Positions 48,742 through 63,238 of a DNA stretch of 64,000 nt are shown one piece after another (position 1 is the first letter of the stretch; every line of letters begins with the position of its first letter). Made by a program: the position numbers and the translations under genes. The notes under the pieces are model-generated. The model was not told the origin of the DNA. It made no database searches and saw only the letters and a list, made by a program, of their open reading frames with translations. This DNA is from Amoebidium appalachense (Eukaryota; Protista; Ichthyosporea): NCBI GenBank assembly GCA_963693365.1, contig CAVNZM010000015.1:2914001-2978000 (forward strand), in the 5' to 3' direction.

Positions 48742-49669
48742 TGTATCCATAAAAACAACAACCCCTCCAGATTACCACCTGGAGGTACTTTGTGCTTAAG
48801 ACGGTGGTGATGATCCAAGCTGGTACACCAAAGAGAACCCTAGGAGTAAAGATGTCGGGTTGCAATGGACTAGAAATAAATAGGGCTTAAATCACTGTTT
48901 TCTACAGCAAGCTGGATTTCACACTAGGGATTGTATTGTTTAAATACACCAGGGGTGAGGATTCAATACATGTTCACCCCCGTCCAGTCCCAAAAAATGC
49001 AATGAGAACCAACACAAGTAAACAGAGCGACCTCGCTCTCTCTTTTAAAAGAAACTGTGGGAACGTGGCAACAGCATATGCTTAAAGGCGCACATGTGTC
49101 TTTTACGCCAGCAAAGGGGCCGTGCTCTGTCCTAAACCATAGTACATCACTGAGCAAAATCAGACTTGGTAAACAGTTCAAAAACACTTGGAGAAAATGC
49201 ATGACTCTTGCTTTTGTGCCCATCGCTTTTTGATGAGCCTCGGGGATCTTTAATGGAATGCACAAGGTGACCAATAGGCTACCCGGATCTTCGAGCCGAG
49301 ATGCCCAGCCCGGGGAGGGCCTACAAAAAGAATAACCCGGGAGCCGCTCAGCCTCGAGGGCGTTCCCCCGGGCCGCCCCCCCCCCCCCCCCCCCCCCCTC
49401 CCCCCCCCCCCCCCCCCCCCCCCCCAGTCTCCCTCTCTCTTCCCCCCCCCGGGGGGGGGACTATTACAAGAGAAGGATTGGCACAGTAAACGTGTACGTA
49501 GAGTATGTATTTATGTGTGTGCGTGAGCGTCACTGTGACGTGTACATGTGTACGTGGACGTGCGTGTGGGAGCGTCACGTGTGTACATGTGTGCGTGCAT
49601 ATACCACTGTGCATGCCGTGTGTACACGTGCATGTGGGTGTCACGTGTGTGCGCATGTTTGTGTGTGTG

Positions 49670-49738
<69 letters not shown>

Positions 49739-50539
49739 CGTGTGTGTACATGTGTACGTGGGTGTGTACATGTGTAAATGTGGACAAATATATGCATATG
49801 CATAATATGTGTGAACACGGCGTGCGCGCGTGAACGCGTGCACGTGTGTGCACGTGTGTGCACATGTATATTTGTATGGTTGGTTTCGTGTGCAAGCGTG
49901 TCTGAGTAAGTGTGCGCCAGTGTTTTTGTGTATGTGTAATTTCGGTGTTTAAGTTTGTGTCTCTCTCGGTGCGTGTGCATGCTTGCAATTGTTTTTGCGG
50001 CAGATATATATCTGTGTGACATACTTCCTGGGAGCAAACCACCAATTTTCAACGGCAGCGCGCGGTGCTGAATGTACAAAACTGCGACACTGTGTACAGG
50101 TATGTGTGTGTGTGTGCACATACGTGTTAATACATGTGTGTGTGTTGGTGTGTGTGTGTGTGTCACTGTTGTGTGCTTGTGTGCTGGTGTATGTGTGTCA
50201 CGTGCACTGTGTATGTAAACGTTTAATTTGTGCGTGCATGTGTGTGTGCGTACTTACGTATACCAAAACTACCACCTTAAACTAACAATTTAGTATGACA
50301 ATTGCAATATTTAAAAAACCATAAAAACCCACCAAAACGAAACAAAAAGAACAACCTCCTCTATAACCAGATAGCCAGAACAAGGCTAGTGTGCACTGCG
50401 TCATTGCAATTGTGTGCTAATTTATTAAATGCTTAAGGACACACTCTTGAGATTACATATCATATCCAGTCACTGATCTGATTGTTCCCAGCATTGAATC
50501 CCACACACCCCTTCTTTTTTGCCCTTTTTTCCCCGGGCC

Positions 50540-50584
<45 letters not shown>

Positions 50585-50791
50585 CTAGAGGGGGCACTTT
50601 ATCAGGGCCTACCGATCTTGCATGAATGATCATCCATTGCCGTGGTGGAATACCTGATGGAATGGCTCCAAAGAATATCTCTTTGCCTGTAGTTACAGTG
50701 TACACCAATTGTTCATTCATGTTGAAAAAAAAAAAAAGAATAAAAAATATTAAACAAAAAAAGTTGGACTCCCCCCTTCCCCCCCCCCCCC

Positions 50792-50830
<39 letters not shown>

Positions 50831-51069
50831 ATAGTATCAAATTTTATAATTACATAGCCGCCTGATATTGAAGGAAGTGCTGTATGGTTATTGAGAACAC
50901 CCTGTGCTAAGTGTGTACGTATAGTTTGGATTGGTAAAGTCTTTGTTAGCTTAGCTGATGGCACCACCTAGCCTAGCTAGAAAATAGCCGGTGCTGGGTG
51001 GAAGACAGTAGTTCCTCTTATGGACCCTGAGGGATCCTCTGGGAACAAAACGGGATGATAATAGTATTA

Positions 51070-51103
<34 letters not shown>

Positions 51104-52297
51104 CGTAGTGGTTGACAGTTCGGAAACAGACGAAATCATTTTATTGTTATATCCCTTGGTCGTGCAAAAAGCATCTACATCATGGCCCGGGTGCAAGTGA
51201 CTACGTATTTTTTCAGCTTCAGATTTTGGGGCTGCCACTGAGGGCTGCACAACCATTGAGGCTCATGGTTTTGAGTTACTCAATGCCTGATTACTGCACA
51301 TCATGTGCACACCCTGCAGCAAGTGATGCTCTTTTTGGCACCCAGGCTGCAGGGGAACATGCACCATCCGTGTGGTCAGGTAGCAGGTTGCCCAGCATTA
51401 AAGGCACTGCAAATCGTTTCCTGTGCAATACGATTTCGAATGTTTGATTATGGGACCCAAAGATGCCTCGAGATGTCACTGAGTGTAATCTCGTTGGCCG
51501 TTTATCGTATGTATGTTGACCTGCCGACCAGCTGAAGCATATGTACATATTAACTGAGTAGATATTTTATGATATAAACACCTCGCTTGTCTATGGCTAA
51601 AAAATGCTTCTGGAAAGTCGGGATTAGTGAAAGCTTCGTTTCATGAAGAAAATTCGGTGGTGAAGGGAGGGGTTGGGGGGAGGAGGGGGGAGAGGATGGG
51701 GCTAGGAGGGAGGGAGGGGGAGGGAAGGGAAGGGTTGGTTTTCTAGTTTGGATTTTCATTTTTTTATTTTTATTTTTTTTTTTGGGGGGGGGGGGGGGGG
51801 GAATCGTTGCTGAGGCCAAACTAACGGGTGTGTTTGTGTGGGTTGGCGGAGGGGAGGGGGGAGGGGGAGAGGGGGGAATAATGAATTGATAGATCAGTCT
51901 TAAAAACTGTCGGACCGGCACTCACCGCCAGGCCCTATCAAGCACGGTGGCCGCTACCCACTTAAAGGCTGCGATGTTGGACCACAATGCGTTAAAACGA
52001 TAAAGAACACACACACAACAAAACAGCTGCAGGAACTTCGGATAAAAAGGAAGCGGTCCGATGACACTGTGTGTGCAGTGGGTGTGTGGGTGTGGGTGTG
52101 CGCACGTCTGACTAAGAGAGAGAGAGAGCGGAGAGAGAGAAAGAGAGAGAGGGAGAGAGAGAGAAAAAGGGGGGGGGGGGGGGAGGGGAGAGAGGGGGGG
52201 GGAGAGAGAGATAGAGAGAGAAGGGGGGGGGGGGGATGGAAGAGAGAGAGGGAGGAGAGAGAGGGAAGGACAGGGAGAAGGTTGAGGGAGAGAGAGG

Positions 52298-52348
<51 letters not shown>

Positions 52349-52450
52349 GGAGGGAGGGAGGGAGGGAGGGAAAGATGGAGGGAGAGGGAGAGTGAAAGAG
52401 ATAGTGGGAGCGAGCGAGAGGAGAGAGAGAGAGAGAGTGTGTGTGTGTGA

Positions 52451-52521
<71 letters not shown>

Positions 52522-52575
52522 ACTGTGTACGTGAATGTGCGTACGTGCGTGCGTGTGTGCATGTGTGTGTGTGTG

Positions 52576-52681
<106 letters not shown>

Positions 52682-53273
52682 TGCCCGTGCACGCGCACGC
52701 GGTTGTGTTACACAGGTGCCAGGGAGGTGGGAGAGCCGCTAGTAGGATTTAGAGGGGAACGGGAGGGGGTGGGTGGGTGCATGTATGTGTGTGTGGTTTG
52801 TGTGTGTGTGTGGGGGGGGGGGGGGGGGGGGGGGGTGGGGGGGGAAGAGAATGAGGGGTTACGCGGGGTTAAGTGATCCGCTTATTTATGATCCAAATTT
52901 GGTTCAAATAGCTATCCAGCAGTCGAGAAGATCAGCTCTTTACCGCACCTCCCCTTGAGAACTCCTCGCTCGCATCCCAACCTCCCCTTCCCCCCCCCCC
53001 CCCCCCCCCAAGAAAAACACACACACGCACACACAAACAATTCATTTCCTTTCCGAAACCTCCCTCCCTCCCCCTCCCCCCTCCCCCCCCCCCCCCCCCT
53101 CCAGGCAGGCCCCACCACCAGCAACAGCAATCCAAAAAAACTAACAACAGTAATAAACAATCAAAAGCTTTAAAAAGGCTGCACTGCATGTACCCAGTGC
53201 ATGCACCTCATCCCCATATGGATATTAATTTGGCCGCCTTGCCGTCTCCCCCCGTCCCCTCCCCTCTCCCCCC

Positions 53274-53304
<31 letters not shown>

Positions 53305-54391
53305 CCCCCCCCCCCCCTGCCCCCCTTCACTTCCTCCTCCCTCTTCTTCTCTCCACCGTCAGCCCCGGGCCGCCCAAATAACATAGTTCGTTTTGGTGTC
53401 ACTCCATATACTTTAGAAATGCCCGGTCTACTAAGTAATGATTTCATGTATGCAGTGCTCACTGCGGCTCTAGATACGGCTATTAACTTCAAATCTGTGA
53501 CTGAAAAACACGTGCACCCAACTGGGATGAGTATAAATAAGGAATATAGAACTCTGAAGTCGTGGTGGTCATCTCGCTATCCGGCAACAAAACACTGGCC
53601 ACATTTTGCTATGCCATTTTTCAAAACGGATGGTACTCACTATACATCATGTAAGGAGTAAATTCATAGCACGTGCGCAACCACAAGAGAACAATAGAGG
53701 GGAAATGAAAAGTCACGGAATGACATCCGATGATGTTGGAATAAGTACAGTAAATGTTGGAGTAAAGTTTGGATGGGAAAAGACAGCGCGCCTAGGGAAT
53801 AGGCTTTGCACACACAAACACACGTGTACGGTACACACACACATACCTGGCAGCCGGCTCGGATGTGGACTCATGCGCATGCATAAAACAACCCATTACT
53901 ACATATGGGGTACATAAACACTGTGTCTAGATTTAAGCACTACGCTGTTGAAAACGTTCCACCATCAAAAACGGCCAATGTCTCAGTAGGACTCATGTGA
54001 TGAGTTTTGCGGCATATTGTTTTATTAGCAACAAGTTTGGGGCGACCAATATATATTCCACAACCGGAGTTTCAAGGGTATGAATCTGACCACAGCTAAC
54101 AGCAACCAAGCTGCAAACAGTATTGGTCAAGGAGTTAAGGGGCCGGTCACCCACCGTGTAATGGTCATGATCACGGCCAAAGATAGATTGCTAACGGCTT
54201 TGCATAGTATGATTGTGGGACGAAATGATGCATCGGCATAACCAAATGATAACATGACACTGACTTGTGTATGTACTGAGGATCGAGGAGAGAGAGTATT
54301 CATGGGAGAGTGGGCAAGTGTGGCGTAGTACAGGAGCGGGGGACCTGGCTGGGGGCGGCCGCGGGGCATGGTTGTGTGGGGCCCGCGGGAG

Positions 54392-54434
<43 letters not shown>

Positions 54435-54464
54435 GGGGGGGGGGGGGAGGGGGAGGGGGGGGGG

Positions 54465-54610
54465 GAACACTTCCCGCCAAAAAATACGCGGAGCATTCTG
54501 ATTGGTGAGCTAATGGGCAACAACCATATATGGTTTGATTTATCTCTGACTCATCACGGCTCATTACGTAATCATGACCGAAACAGAGACTTGGAAGTCC
54601 GCCGCTGACT
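54465..54610 (+). promoter_or_regulatory. Putative promoter of the SPATA20-like gene
   Basis: TTCCCGCCAAAA (E2F-type motif) near 54471, an inverted CCAAT (GATTGG) near 54500 and GGAAGTCCCGCC near 54593, about 0.5-0.65 kb upstream of the ATG. Motif match only. Confidence 0.3.
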
Positions 54611-55121
54611 TTCAGTAGCGAGCTGTCACCGAGTTGTCACGTTCCAAATCTCGGGGGTTTTTTTTTTTTGCTTCTCACTGCCCCGTGACGTATGTCCTCT
54701 CCCTCTCCCTCCCTCCCCCCCCCCCCCCCCTCCTTGAACTCTCGTTCTAGTTTAGCGCTCGTTACATCCCCCTCCCCTCCTCCCCCCTCCCCCCCCCCCC
54801 CCTCCCCGGCGTCACACTTCTTCTCCTGGGAGTCCCATCTGCCCATTCTTCCATCCCTACCTTCTACTCGCGCTCAATTAGCCAGCGCTCAACCCGCCTT
54901 TCCCTCCTCTACCTTAAACGTAGGCTCTAATTTTGGTTTTTTTTTCCCGGCTTTTGTGCTTTATCCACTCCTCTCCCCATGACCTGATGCACGCTAAAGA
55001 TCCCAAGTATGTCAAAACCCTCCTTCTACAGTGAAGAAGGTTCTTCCCGCGTCTCCGACACTGCATCTCATCTCAACATGTACCCTTACATCACCCACAT
55101 TTACAGCCAGGCATCAGCATC

Positions 55122-55483
55122 ATGACGGAAATAGCGCCATCCGGTGGTGGCCCCACCAACCGCCTCGCACACGAGAAGTCCCCCTACCTGCTGCAACATG
55201 CACACAACCCAGTTGATTGGTATCCGTGGGGGCCCGAGGCACTGCAGCGTGCAAAGGACGAAGACAAAGCCATTTTCCTGTCTGTGGGATACTCTACTTG
55301 CCAGTGCGTGTGCTCCTCAAACATCCCCCCCCCCCCCCTCCCCGAGGGGACTAAAAATAAAAAGAAAGAACAAAAGAAAAACTCAAACCCAGACCTCTTA
55401 ACCGCTCTGGCGATCAGCCCCCCCCCCCCCCCCCCCCCCCCCCTCCCCCCTTCCCCCCCGGGCCTTTATTCTCCCCTCCCTTG

Positions 55484-55514
<31 letters not shown>

Positions 55515-57852
55515 GTCCCCTCTTCGTTTCCCCAACAAACACGGACTCCCAAATACAACAAATGCGCACATATACTCGAGCCTGACACTTTCATTCACGA
55601 TCACTAGTCCAATCCATTTCTCTGTATGAAGAAACTGCTAGCGATTTTCAACTCTTTTCTCTCCTCCCCCGCTCTGCCGTTGACTCTGCTGATCAGTCCA
55701 ATCACACACCCTCCCCCCCCCCCCCCCCCCCCCCCCGGGGACGTGCTGCCACCATGGCCTATCACCCTCAGGTCCATCCCCCTCCCCCCCTCCCCCCTCC
55801 CCCCTCCCCCCCTCCCCCTCCCCCCAGAAGAAAGAAAAAAGAAACTTTGGAAAGTAGATAGTTCTATATTATACTGTAGTAGGGTGATTAAGAAACAAGA
55901 TAAAAAACTGAGTGTGTACTAACCGACCCCCCCTTCCCCCCGGCCCAGCCCTGCCCCGCCCCTCCCTTCCCCCTCCGCTTCTACTTTCATACACACACGC
56001 ACGTGTACATGCGCACACACACAACCATCATCACCCCCCCCCCCCCCCCCCTCCCCACACATACAGTTGGTGCCATGTGATGGAGCGTGAGAGTTTTGAG
56101 AATGCAGACATTGGGGAGTTGATGAGCAGTGAGTTTGTTTGCATCAAGGTGGACAGGGAGGAGAGGCCTGACGTTGACAAAATTTACATGGTGTGAAACA
56201 CCCCCGTCCCCCCCCCCCCCCCCCTCCCCCCCACCCACAAAAAAAAACAACAAAAAAAAAAATAAAAAACAAAAAATAAGATGAAATAAAATAAAAATAA
56301 AATAAAGGGGGAAAAGAAAAAAGAAAAAGAAAACAGAAAAGAATACATACACACAAAAAGGCGGGGCGGGGAGGGGGGGGGGGGAGGGGGGGAGAGCTGT
56401 CACTACTTTTTAAGTAATGAAAAATAGGGACGGGGACGGGGGGAGGGGGGAGGGGGGGCGGTAGTCTTTGTGCGCTTTTACTTTTTTGTTTGGTTTCGGA
56501 TTATCTACCTAACTTGCTCATTTTACAGACCAATATCTAAATGTATATCTGTCTTCGTAGATATGCATACCTGACGTGGATACTTGTAGACATATCCCAG
56601 TACATATCTGCCTAACCCGCTATACTTGCAGACGTACACCTATATCCGAGTGTTCAATCTGACGTGTTTTTTATTGAGTGTGTATCTACTTGACGTGCTG
56701 TCTTATTAATTATATATCTATCTGAATCATTAATTGTCTATCTACCTGACATGCAATATATATGTACCTGACGGTATTCCTAATCATTTGCATTTATACT
56801 TGACGTGCTCTCTTATTAACTTTATCATCCACCTGATGTGCTATTATAGTAGTTGTATATCTGCATTACGTGCAATTTTGTCCACACAGGGCACTATGTT
56901 ATTTATTGTATATCTACCTAACGCGCTATATTTGCAGACGTATATCTACTTGACGTGCCATGTTATTGATCGTATATCTACCTAACAATATATTTGCAGA
57001 CGTATATCTACCGGACGTGCTATTTTATTGATCGTATATCTACCTAACCCTATATTTGCAGACGTATATCCAGCTGACCACTGGGGGTGGGGGCTGGCCC
57101 ATGAGTGTGTTCTTGACTCCAGACCTGAAACGTAACCCCCCCCCCCCCCCCCAAAAAAAAAAAAAGACCCCCCCCCCCACACCTTCTAGAATTGTTTTTC
57201 GACCCCTATTTACACCCGTTGTTTAGTGATATCTTCATGTATTGCCACATCCGCTCTTCCTCATTCCAAATTTTTTGTGTCGTGGTGATAGGAAATGATT
57301 GGAGAAGGGAGAGGGCTAGGATGCATGTTTTCTTTGTGTGAAACGGGAAAAAGAGAGCGAAAGAAAGAATTACCACACATACTCCAGCTTTTGTGGAAGC
57401 ATAGGAACCCCCCTAATGATGGGCTCTGTTCAAGTGTCTTCTGCCTGCACACTGTGACGTTTTGGTGTCACGCTGCAGATTTGGAACTTGCTTATTCGGA
57501 TTCAGCATGTAATTTTGCATTCCTATCTATCATATCTGAACATTTGTTTTTGCGCATGATGTTCGGCGCTGGTCCAAAAGCGCTCGATCAGACAAACACT
57601 AATATATGTTTTGCAAACCTATCCGATCAGAAAACTATGTTGTATTGTTCCATTGAATTACATCAAAGCATGCCATTACCTTCTTTGGTTATAGTACCTC
57701 TTCATAGTTGAAGGCCCACGGGAATCATGTTGTCCCCCCTCTCCCCCCCCCCCCCTCCCCCTTCCCTCCCCACCCAGCCCCCCCCCCCCCCCCCAAAAAA
57801 AAAAAAATGAAAAAGAAAACAAAAAGAAGGAAAGGAGACCCCCCCCCCCCCC

Positions 57853-57883
<31 letters not shown>

Positions 57884-57926
57884 CCAAAAGAAAAAAGGAA
57901 CGAAAGGAAAATCATGATTTACCCTT

Positions 57927-57958
<32 letters not shown>

Positions 57959-58340
57959 TTCCCGGCCGCAGATTCCGCATAGGAATCCCCGAGAATTGTT
58001 TTTGATTTACAAATTGAAATCGTAGAATTGGTATTAACAACCACCAATACCCCTAACACTGACCGACATCCTCCTCCCCCCCCCCCCCCCCCCCCCCCCA
58101 ATGTATTTTTGTTTCTTTTTCTTTCTTCTTTCTCTTTCATTCTTGTACTTTTTTTTCTTTTTTTTTTCCCACCAGCGATTGTCGGAGGCACCTATTTTGC
58201 ACCCACAGACCGCTATGGACGGCCAGGGTTTGCAACGATCCTGACACGTGTTGCAACCCTGTGGAAGAGGCAGAAGGAGAAGGCACAGGCACAGGGGGAG
58301 AGTTTGGCTGCTGCACTCAAGGCCCTGGGGGAGGAGGTGT

Positions 58341-58371
<31 letters not shown>

Positions 58372-58888
58372 GTGAGTTTCGGTGTGTGTGTGGGTGAGGG
58401 GGAAGAGGGGCGGGGGAGGGGGGAATGTGTGTGTGTGTGGGTAGGTGTCGTTGTGTGTGTGTGTGGGGGGGGGGGGGGGGGGGGGAGGGGGTAGAGGGGG
58501 GGGGGTTTAGTGTGTGTGTGTGTGTGTATGGGGGGGGGGGGGGGAGGGGGAGGGAGGGGAGGGGGGAGGGGGGAGGGGAGGGGGAGGAAGGTTGAGTGTG
58601 TGTGTGGGCGGGGGGTGGGGGGAAGTTGTGTGGGTGTGGGGAGGGGGAGGGAGGAGGGGGGGGGGGGGAAGGGTGTGTGGGCGGGTGGTCGGGTGGGTGG
58701 GTGTGTGTGTGGGGGGAGAAGGGAAGGGGGAGGGGGATGGGGGGTTGGGTGTGTTTGTTGTTTTGGGGGGGGGGAGTGGGTTTGGAAGTTTATGTAGGCG
58801 GGGGAGTAGGGGAGGGTGTATGTGTGTGAGTGGGTGTGTGGGGGGGTGGGGGGTGGGTGTGTGTGTGGGCAGGGCAAGGGAAATATGT

Positions 58889-58920
<32 letters not shown>

Positions 58921-59183
58921 GGGGGCGGGAGGAGGGGGTGTATGTGTGTGTGGGGGGGGTGTGCGTTTTGAAAGGGGAGGGAGAGGGTTTCTGTGTGTGT
59001 GTCTGGGGGGGGGGGGGGGGGGGGGGGGGGGGAGGGCGGGCGTGCATGTGTACTCGTCTGTTTGGTTCTCACGATGTTTAAACGAAACGTGTGGGTGACA
59101 TATACTCCCTCTTTGCCAAGCACTTCAATTGCATTGTGGTGACCTGGAGCTTGAGACTCGCTGCATAACACAATGCACGCGCG

Positions 59184-59238
<55 letters not shown>

Positions 59239-60233
59239 CACGTACGCGCGCGCGCGCGCACACACACACACACACACAGCACGCACACGCACACACACAC
59301 GCACACACACACACATACACACCTACCCACCCACCCACCCACACACACACGCACACACACATACACGCACATACACACACACACACACACACACATACAG
59401 TCCGCCTTTACCTCCCAGGTACCCGGCATGCAGTATGCAAAGAGATGCTTTGACCAGCTGGAGGGAATGTACGACCAGGAGCTGGGCGGGTTTGGCGGTA
59501 CGTACCCATTGGTTGCCTTCCTCATTAAAATTCTAAAGGTAAGATGTAATTGGACGCTGTGTCGTGTCTGTGCGGTCTGGGGCACATGATATCTTTTGAG
59601 TTTTTTTTGGTTTGTTTGTATACAGGATTCGGAGATTGCGTTCGCCCGTTAGAAGCGAATTTAAAACCAACCAACCATTTCTTTTTTTTTCCCTTCTTGA
59701 AAAGATGTCTATCACGGTGAGTTAAGTTCCTTCGATGGGAGGCAACGTTTGGGCTGGGTGGTGCTATTTTTGCTCGTCTTAGTTACATGGGTTGCTGACC
59801 TCAGCTCCCCCCCCCCCCCCCTCCCCCCCCCCCAAAAAACCCCCCTCAACCCCACCCACCCAAAAAAAAAAAAAAAAAAAAACCCACTTAGCCCTCTTCC
59901 TCCTCCTCCTCATCTCCCGTCCCTCCACTTCTCTCCCCGTTGGAACACACAGAAATAGTGCATGCTCGCACACACACACACACTCTCACCCGCACGTGCC
60001 GTCCCCCCCCCCCCCCCCCCCCCTCCCGTCCCCAACCCACACACACACACACAGGTGCCCCCAAGTTCCCCCGACCCGTTGTCTTCGAGTTTCTGTTCCG
60101 CTTCTACCGGGCCAACCCAGAGGGCAGTGAAGAGGGGAGGGCAAAAGAAATGGCTCTGCACACACTCCGCGTATTCAACCCCCCCCCCCCCCCCCGCTCC
60201 CTTTCCAATCCCCTCCCTCCGTCGTTCCTCCCC

Positions 60234-60282
<49 letters not shown>

Positions 60283-60603
60283 CCCTTTTTTTGGCCCCCT
60301 TCTCCGCTACTGGCGGCTATCAAACCATCACTGCCACCACCAACACCACTCGCATAAACATATACATATAACCCTCCGCCCTCCCCCTCACTCCCTTTTC
60401 ATGCCGTGTCTCCCCCTTTCCTCTCTGCCCCTCTGTCCTTGGGCTGTGTAGGTCATCAACACAATGGATTATACCTCTCATCGGGTTATAAGTCAAATGT
60501 AGTTATGGCGTTGGTCTAGGTTTGTGATTTATTTGCTTTGTTTATTGTTTGTTGAATCGGAACACACCGACCTCCGTGACCTCCCCCCTCCCCCCTCCTT
60601 TTC

Positions 60604-60636
<33 letters not shown>

Positions 60637-60872
60637 TCCTTCCCTCTCCCTTTCTCTCCCTCTCCCCTGTTGCCTTCCCCTCCCTTTCCTCCCTCTTCTC
60701 CCCTCCCTGCCTCTCCCCTTCCCTAAGTACGGAGTATTTTGTCCTTGGTTGTCTCCTCCATATTTCCAACCCTTTAACGCATACATCATCCTCCCCCCCC
60801 TCCCCCCCCCAACACACACACACCATTGCAAACACACACATACGCACACACGCATGCACACATGCACGGACG

Positions 60873-60923
<51 letters not shown>

Positions 60924-60939
60924 ACACACACACGCACGC

Positions 60940-61029
<90 letters not shown>

Positions 61030-61395
61030 CACAGGCCATGGCTGATGGGGGCATGCATGACCACGTTGGGTTGGGCTTCCACCGCTACTCGGTCGACCGC
61101 TTCTGGCACGTTCCGCAGTGAGTATCCTCTTTTCTGATTGGTCAGAGGAAACCAATAGAAGCCTTGGGGTTTTTTTTTTTGAGCTTCTATAATTCCTTTG
61201 TGTCGCCGAATGCTTGAGGTTTTCGGCTTTTTTTTATTTTTTAAAAAAGAAAGGGGTAATATGCTTGCACCCGATTCTAGACAATGAGCAATGGTGGGCG
61301 TTTATAGTGAGAACATAGTAGATATGCATATGTTCCAAAGAATTAAAAATGGTCTCCGAACCGATGATCATTAGATTTACACATATGTACACACA

Positions 61396-61437
<42 letters not shown>

Positions 61438-61513
61438 TTGCACGCACACACACACAATGTGCGTACACACGCACACACATTCACACACACCGTGACACAC
61501 ACACACACACGGA

Positions 61514-61574
<61 letters not shown>

Positions 61575-61672
61575 CTTCGAGAAGATGCTGTATGACCAAG
61601 GGCAGTTGGCTTCAGCCTATGCCGAGGCCTACGAACTGACTGGGGAGAGCACGTACAAGGAGGTGTGTGTGT

Positions 61673-61710
<38 letters not shown>

Positions 61711-63238
61711 CGTGCGCGTGCGTGTGCGTGTGCGTGTGCGTGTGCGTGTGCGTGTGCGTGTGTGTATTTGTGTGCATTTGTGTGCATTTGTGTGTGTATG
61801 ACTGTGCATGTGTGTGTGTGTGATTGTGTGTATGTGTGTGTGTGTGCATGCGTGTGTGTGTGTGCGTGAAGAAATGGAGATGGGGAAGAAAGAGGTATTT
61901 ATGCGGGGTGTTGGTGAGTCTTTTGGTGTGCGTGTTAGCATGTGTGTGTGTGCATCAACTCCTTTTAAATAGGCTGTCGTGTAATCTGTGTTCAGTAATA
62001 TCCCAAATTCGACTTTTGATATGTATATCTCGCAGATATGCGAAAACACGTTGGACTATGTACTTCGTGACCTGACAGACCACAAGGGGGGCTTCTATTG
62101 CGGGGAGGATGCTGACTCTCTGCCCACACATACCAGCACAGAGAAGAAAGGTGAGTTCTCCCCCCCCCCCCCCCCCCCCAAAAAAAAAAAAAAAAAAAAA
62201 AAAAACCCACCAACCTCTCCCCCCCGTCCGCCCGTCTTTCCCCACGAAACACCCCATTCCATCCACCTACACCACCTCTCTCCCTCCCCCGCACAGACAC
62301 ACTCTAAGACAAGAACGAAGAGGCTCAAGTGTGTTATTTGTACCCTGTGTGTTCGGACTGGCGCCATTGCGGGCACTTTAATCATTCTAACTCATTAGCT
62401 CAAACTCCCCTCCCCCCCACCGGCTCCCCTCCACCTCCCGCGTTTATTTCTTTTTCGTGTGTTTCAATCATCCATATCCCCTACTTCCACTATAAGTGTA
62501 GGAGGCTGGTACAAAGCAAGACAGCAGAATGCGGCATTTTTAAGGGGCGGGAGGGGGAGGAGGGAGGGGAGGGCGTGGAGGGAGGGAGGGGGGTGGGGGG
62601 TGGGAAAGGGGAGAGGAGGGAGGGGGAAGGGGCGGGGGCGGGGGGGAGGAAAGGGGAGAGGAGGTTTTTGGTGGGCAGGGTAGGGGGGTGGGGGGAAAGG
62701 GATGCCATGTGTGTATGTCCGTGTGTGTGTGCAGACATGGAGATGGTGGAAAGCATTTGGGTCGGTAAGATGTTTATGAAACTGTAGGCGGGGAAACAAA
62801 TGAAAAACGGATGGGAGCGAGTGTGCTGGTTGGGTTGCATGAACCCTATGCTTGGACGTGTGTGTGTGTGTGTGTGTGTGTGTTGCTTGTGTGTTTTTTG
62901 CGACGTTTGGAGAGACATGGGGGGAGGGGGGGGGGGGGGGGGGGGTGATAGAAGTCAACAATGGACATTTACCGATGAATGATGATCCCTCCCAATCCCT
63001 TCCCCCCGTCCCCACCACCACCACCACACACGCTCACACTCTCTTTCAAACTTAAAAAGAAAGAGGGGGGAGGGGGAGGGGGGGGGGGGGGGGGGGGCAA
63101 CACCTTCATAGACCAGAAGAAACTATAATGAGCCGCACATATTCCTTTCTTCCTGCATGGCTGACCTATGATTTTTCAGAGGGGGCATTTTGCGTGTGGA
63201 CCTACGAAGAAGTGGAAGAAGCTCTGGGTGATGCCAAG
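55122..63238 (+). CDS. SPATA20: SPATA20/YyaL-like thioredoxin-fold + six-hairpin glycosidase-like protein, 5' part (runs off the window)
   Basis: Exons 55122-55303, 56067-56190, 57062-57131, 58176-58336, 59401-59497, 60055-60170, 61035-61117, 61575-61662, 62036-62150, 63180-63238. Diagnostic motifs: [108 protein letters not shown]. Confidence 0.92.
56500..57070 (+). repeat. Degenerate minisatellite (~30/62-nt period) containing copies of the SPATA20 exon 3 acceptor
   Basis: TATTTGCAG-ACGTATATC recurs with AG ending at 56937, 56999 and 57061 (the true acceptor). Copies decay with distance upstream. Confidence 0.85.
57386..57470 (+). mobile_element. Family A fragment (3' end missing or interrupted)
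   Basis: GCTTTTGTGGAAGCATAGGAACCCCCCTAATGATGGGCTCTGTTCAAGTGTCTTCTGCCTGCAC matches the 30244 copy. Confidence 0.65.
60737..60786 (+). mobile_element. Family A 3'-end fragment
   Basis: TTGTCTCCTCCATATTTCCAACCCTTTAACGCATACAT followed by a C-rich tract. Confidence 0.6.

Noticed and set aside
56500-57070. CRISPR-like array
   Set aside because: The units are degenerate tandem copies with no unique spacers, the context is a eukaryotic intron, and there are no cas genes.
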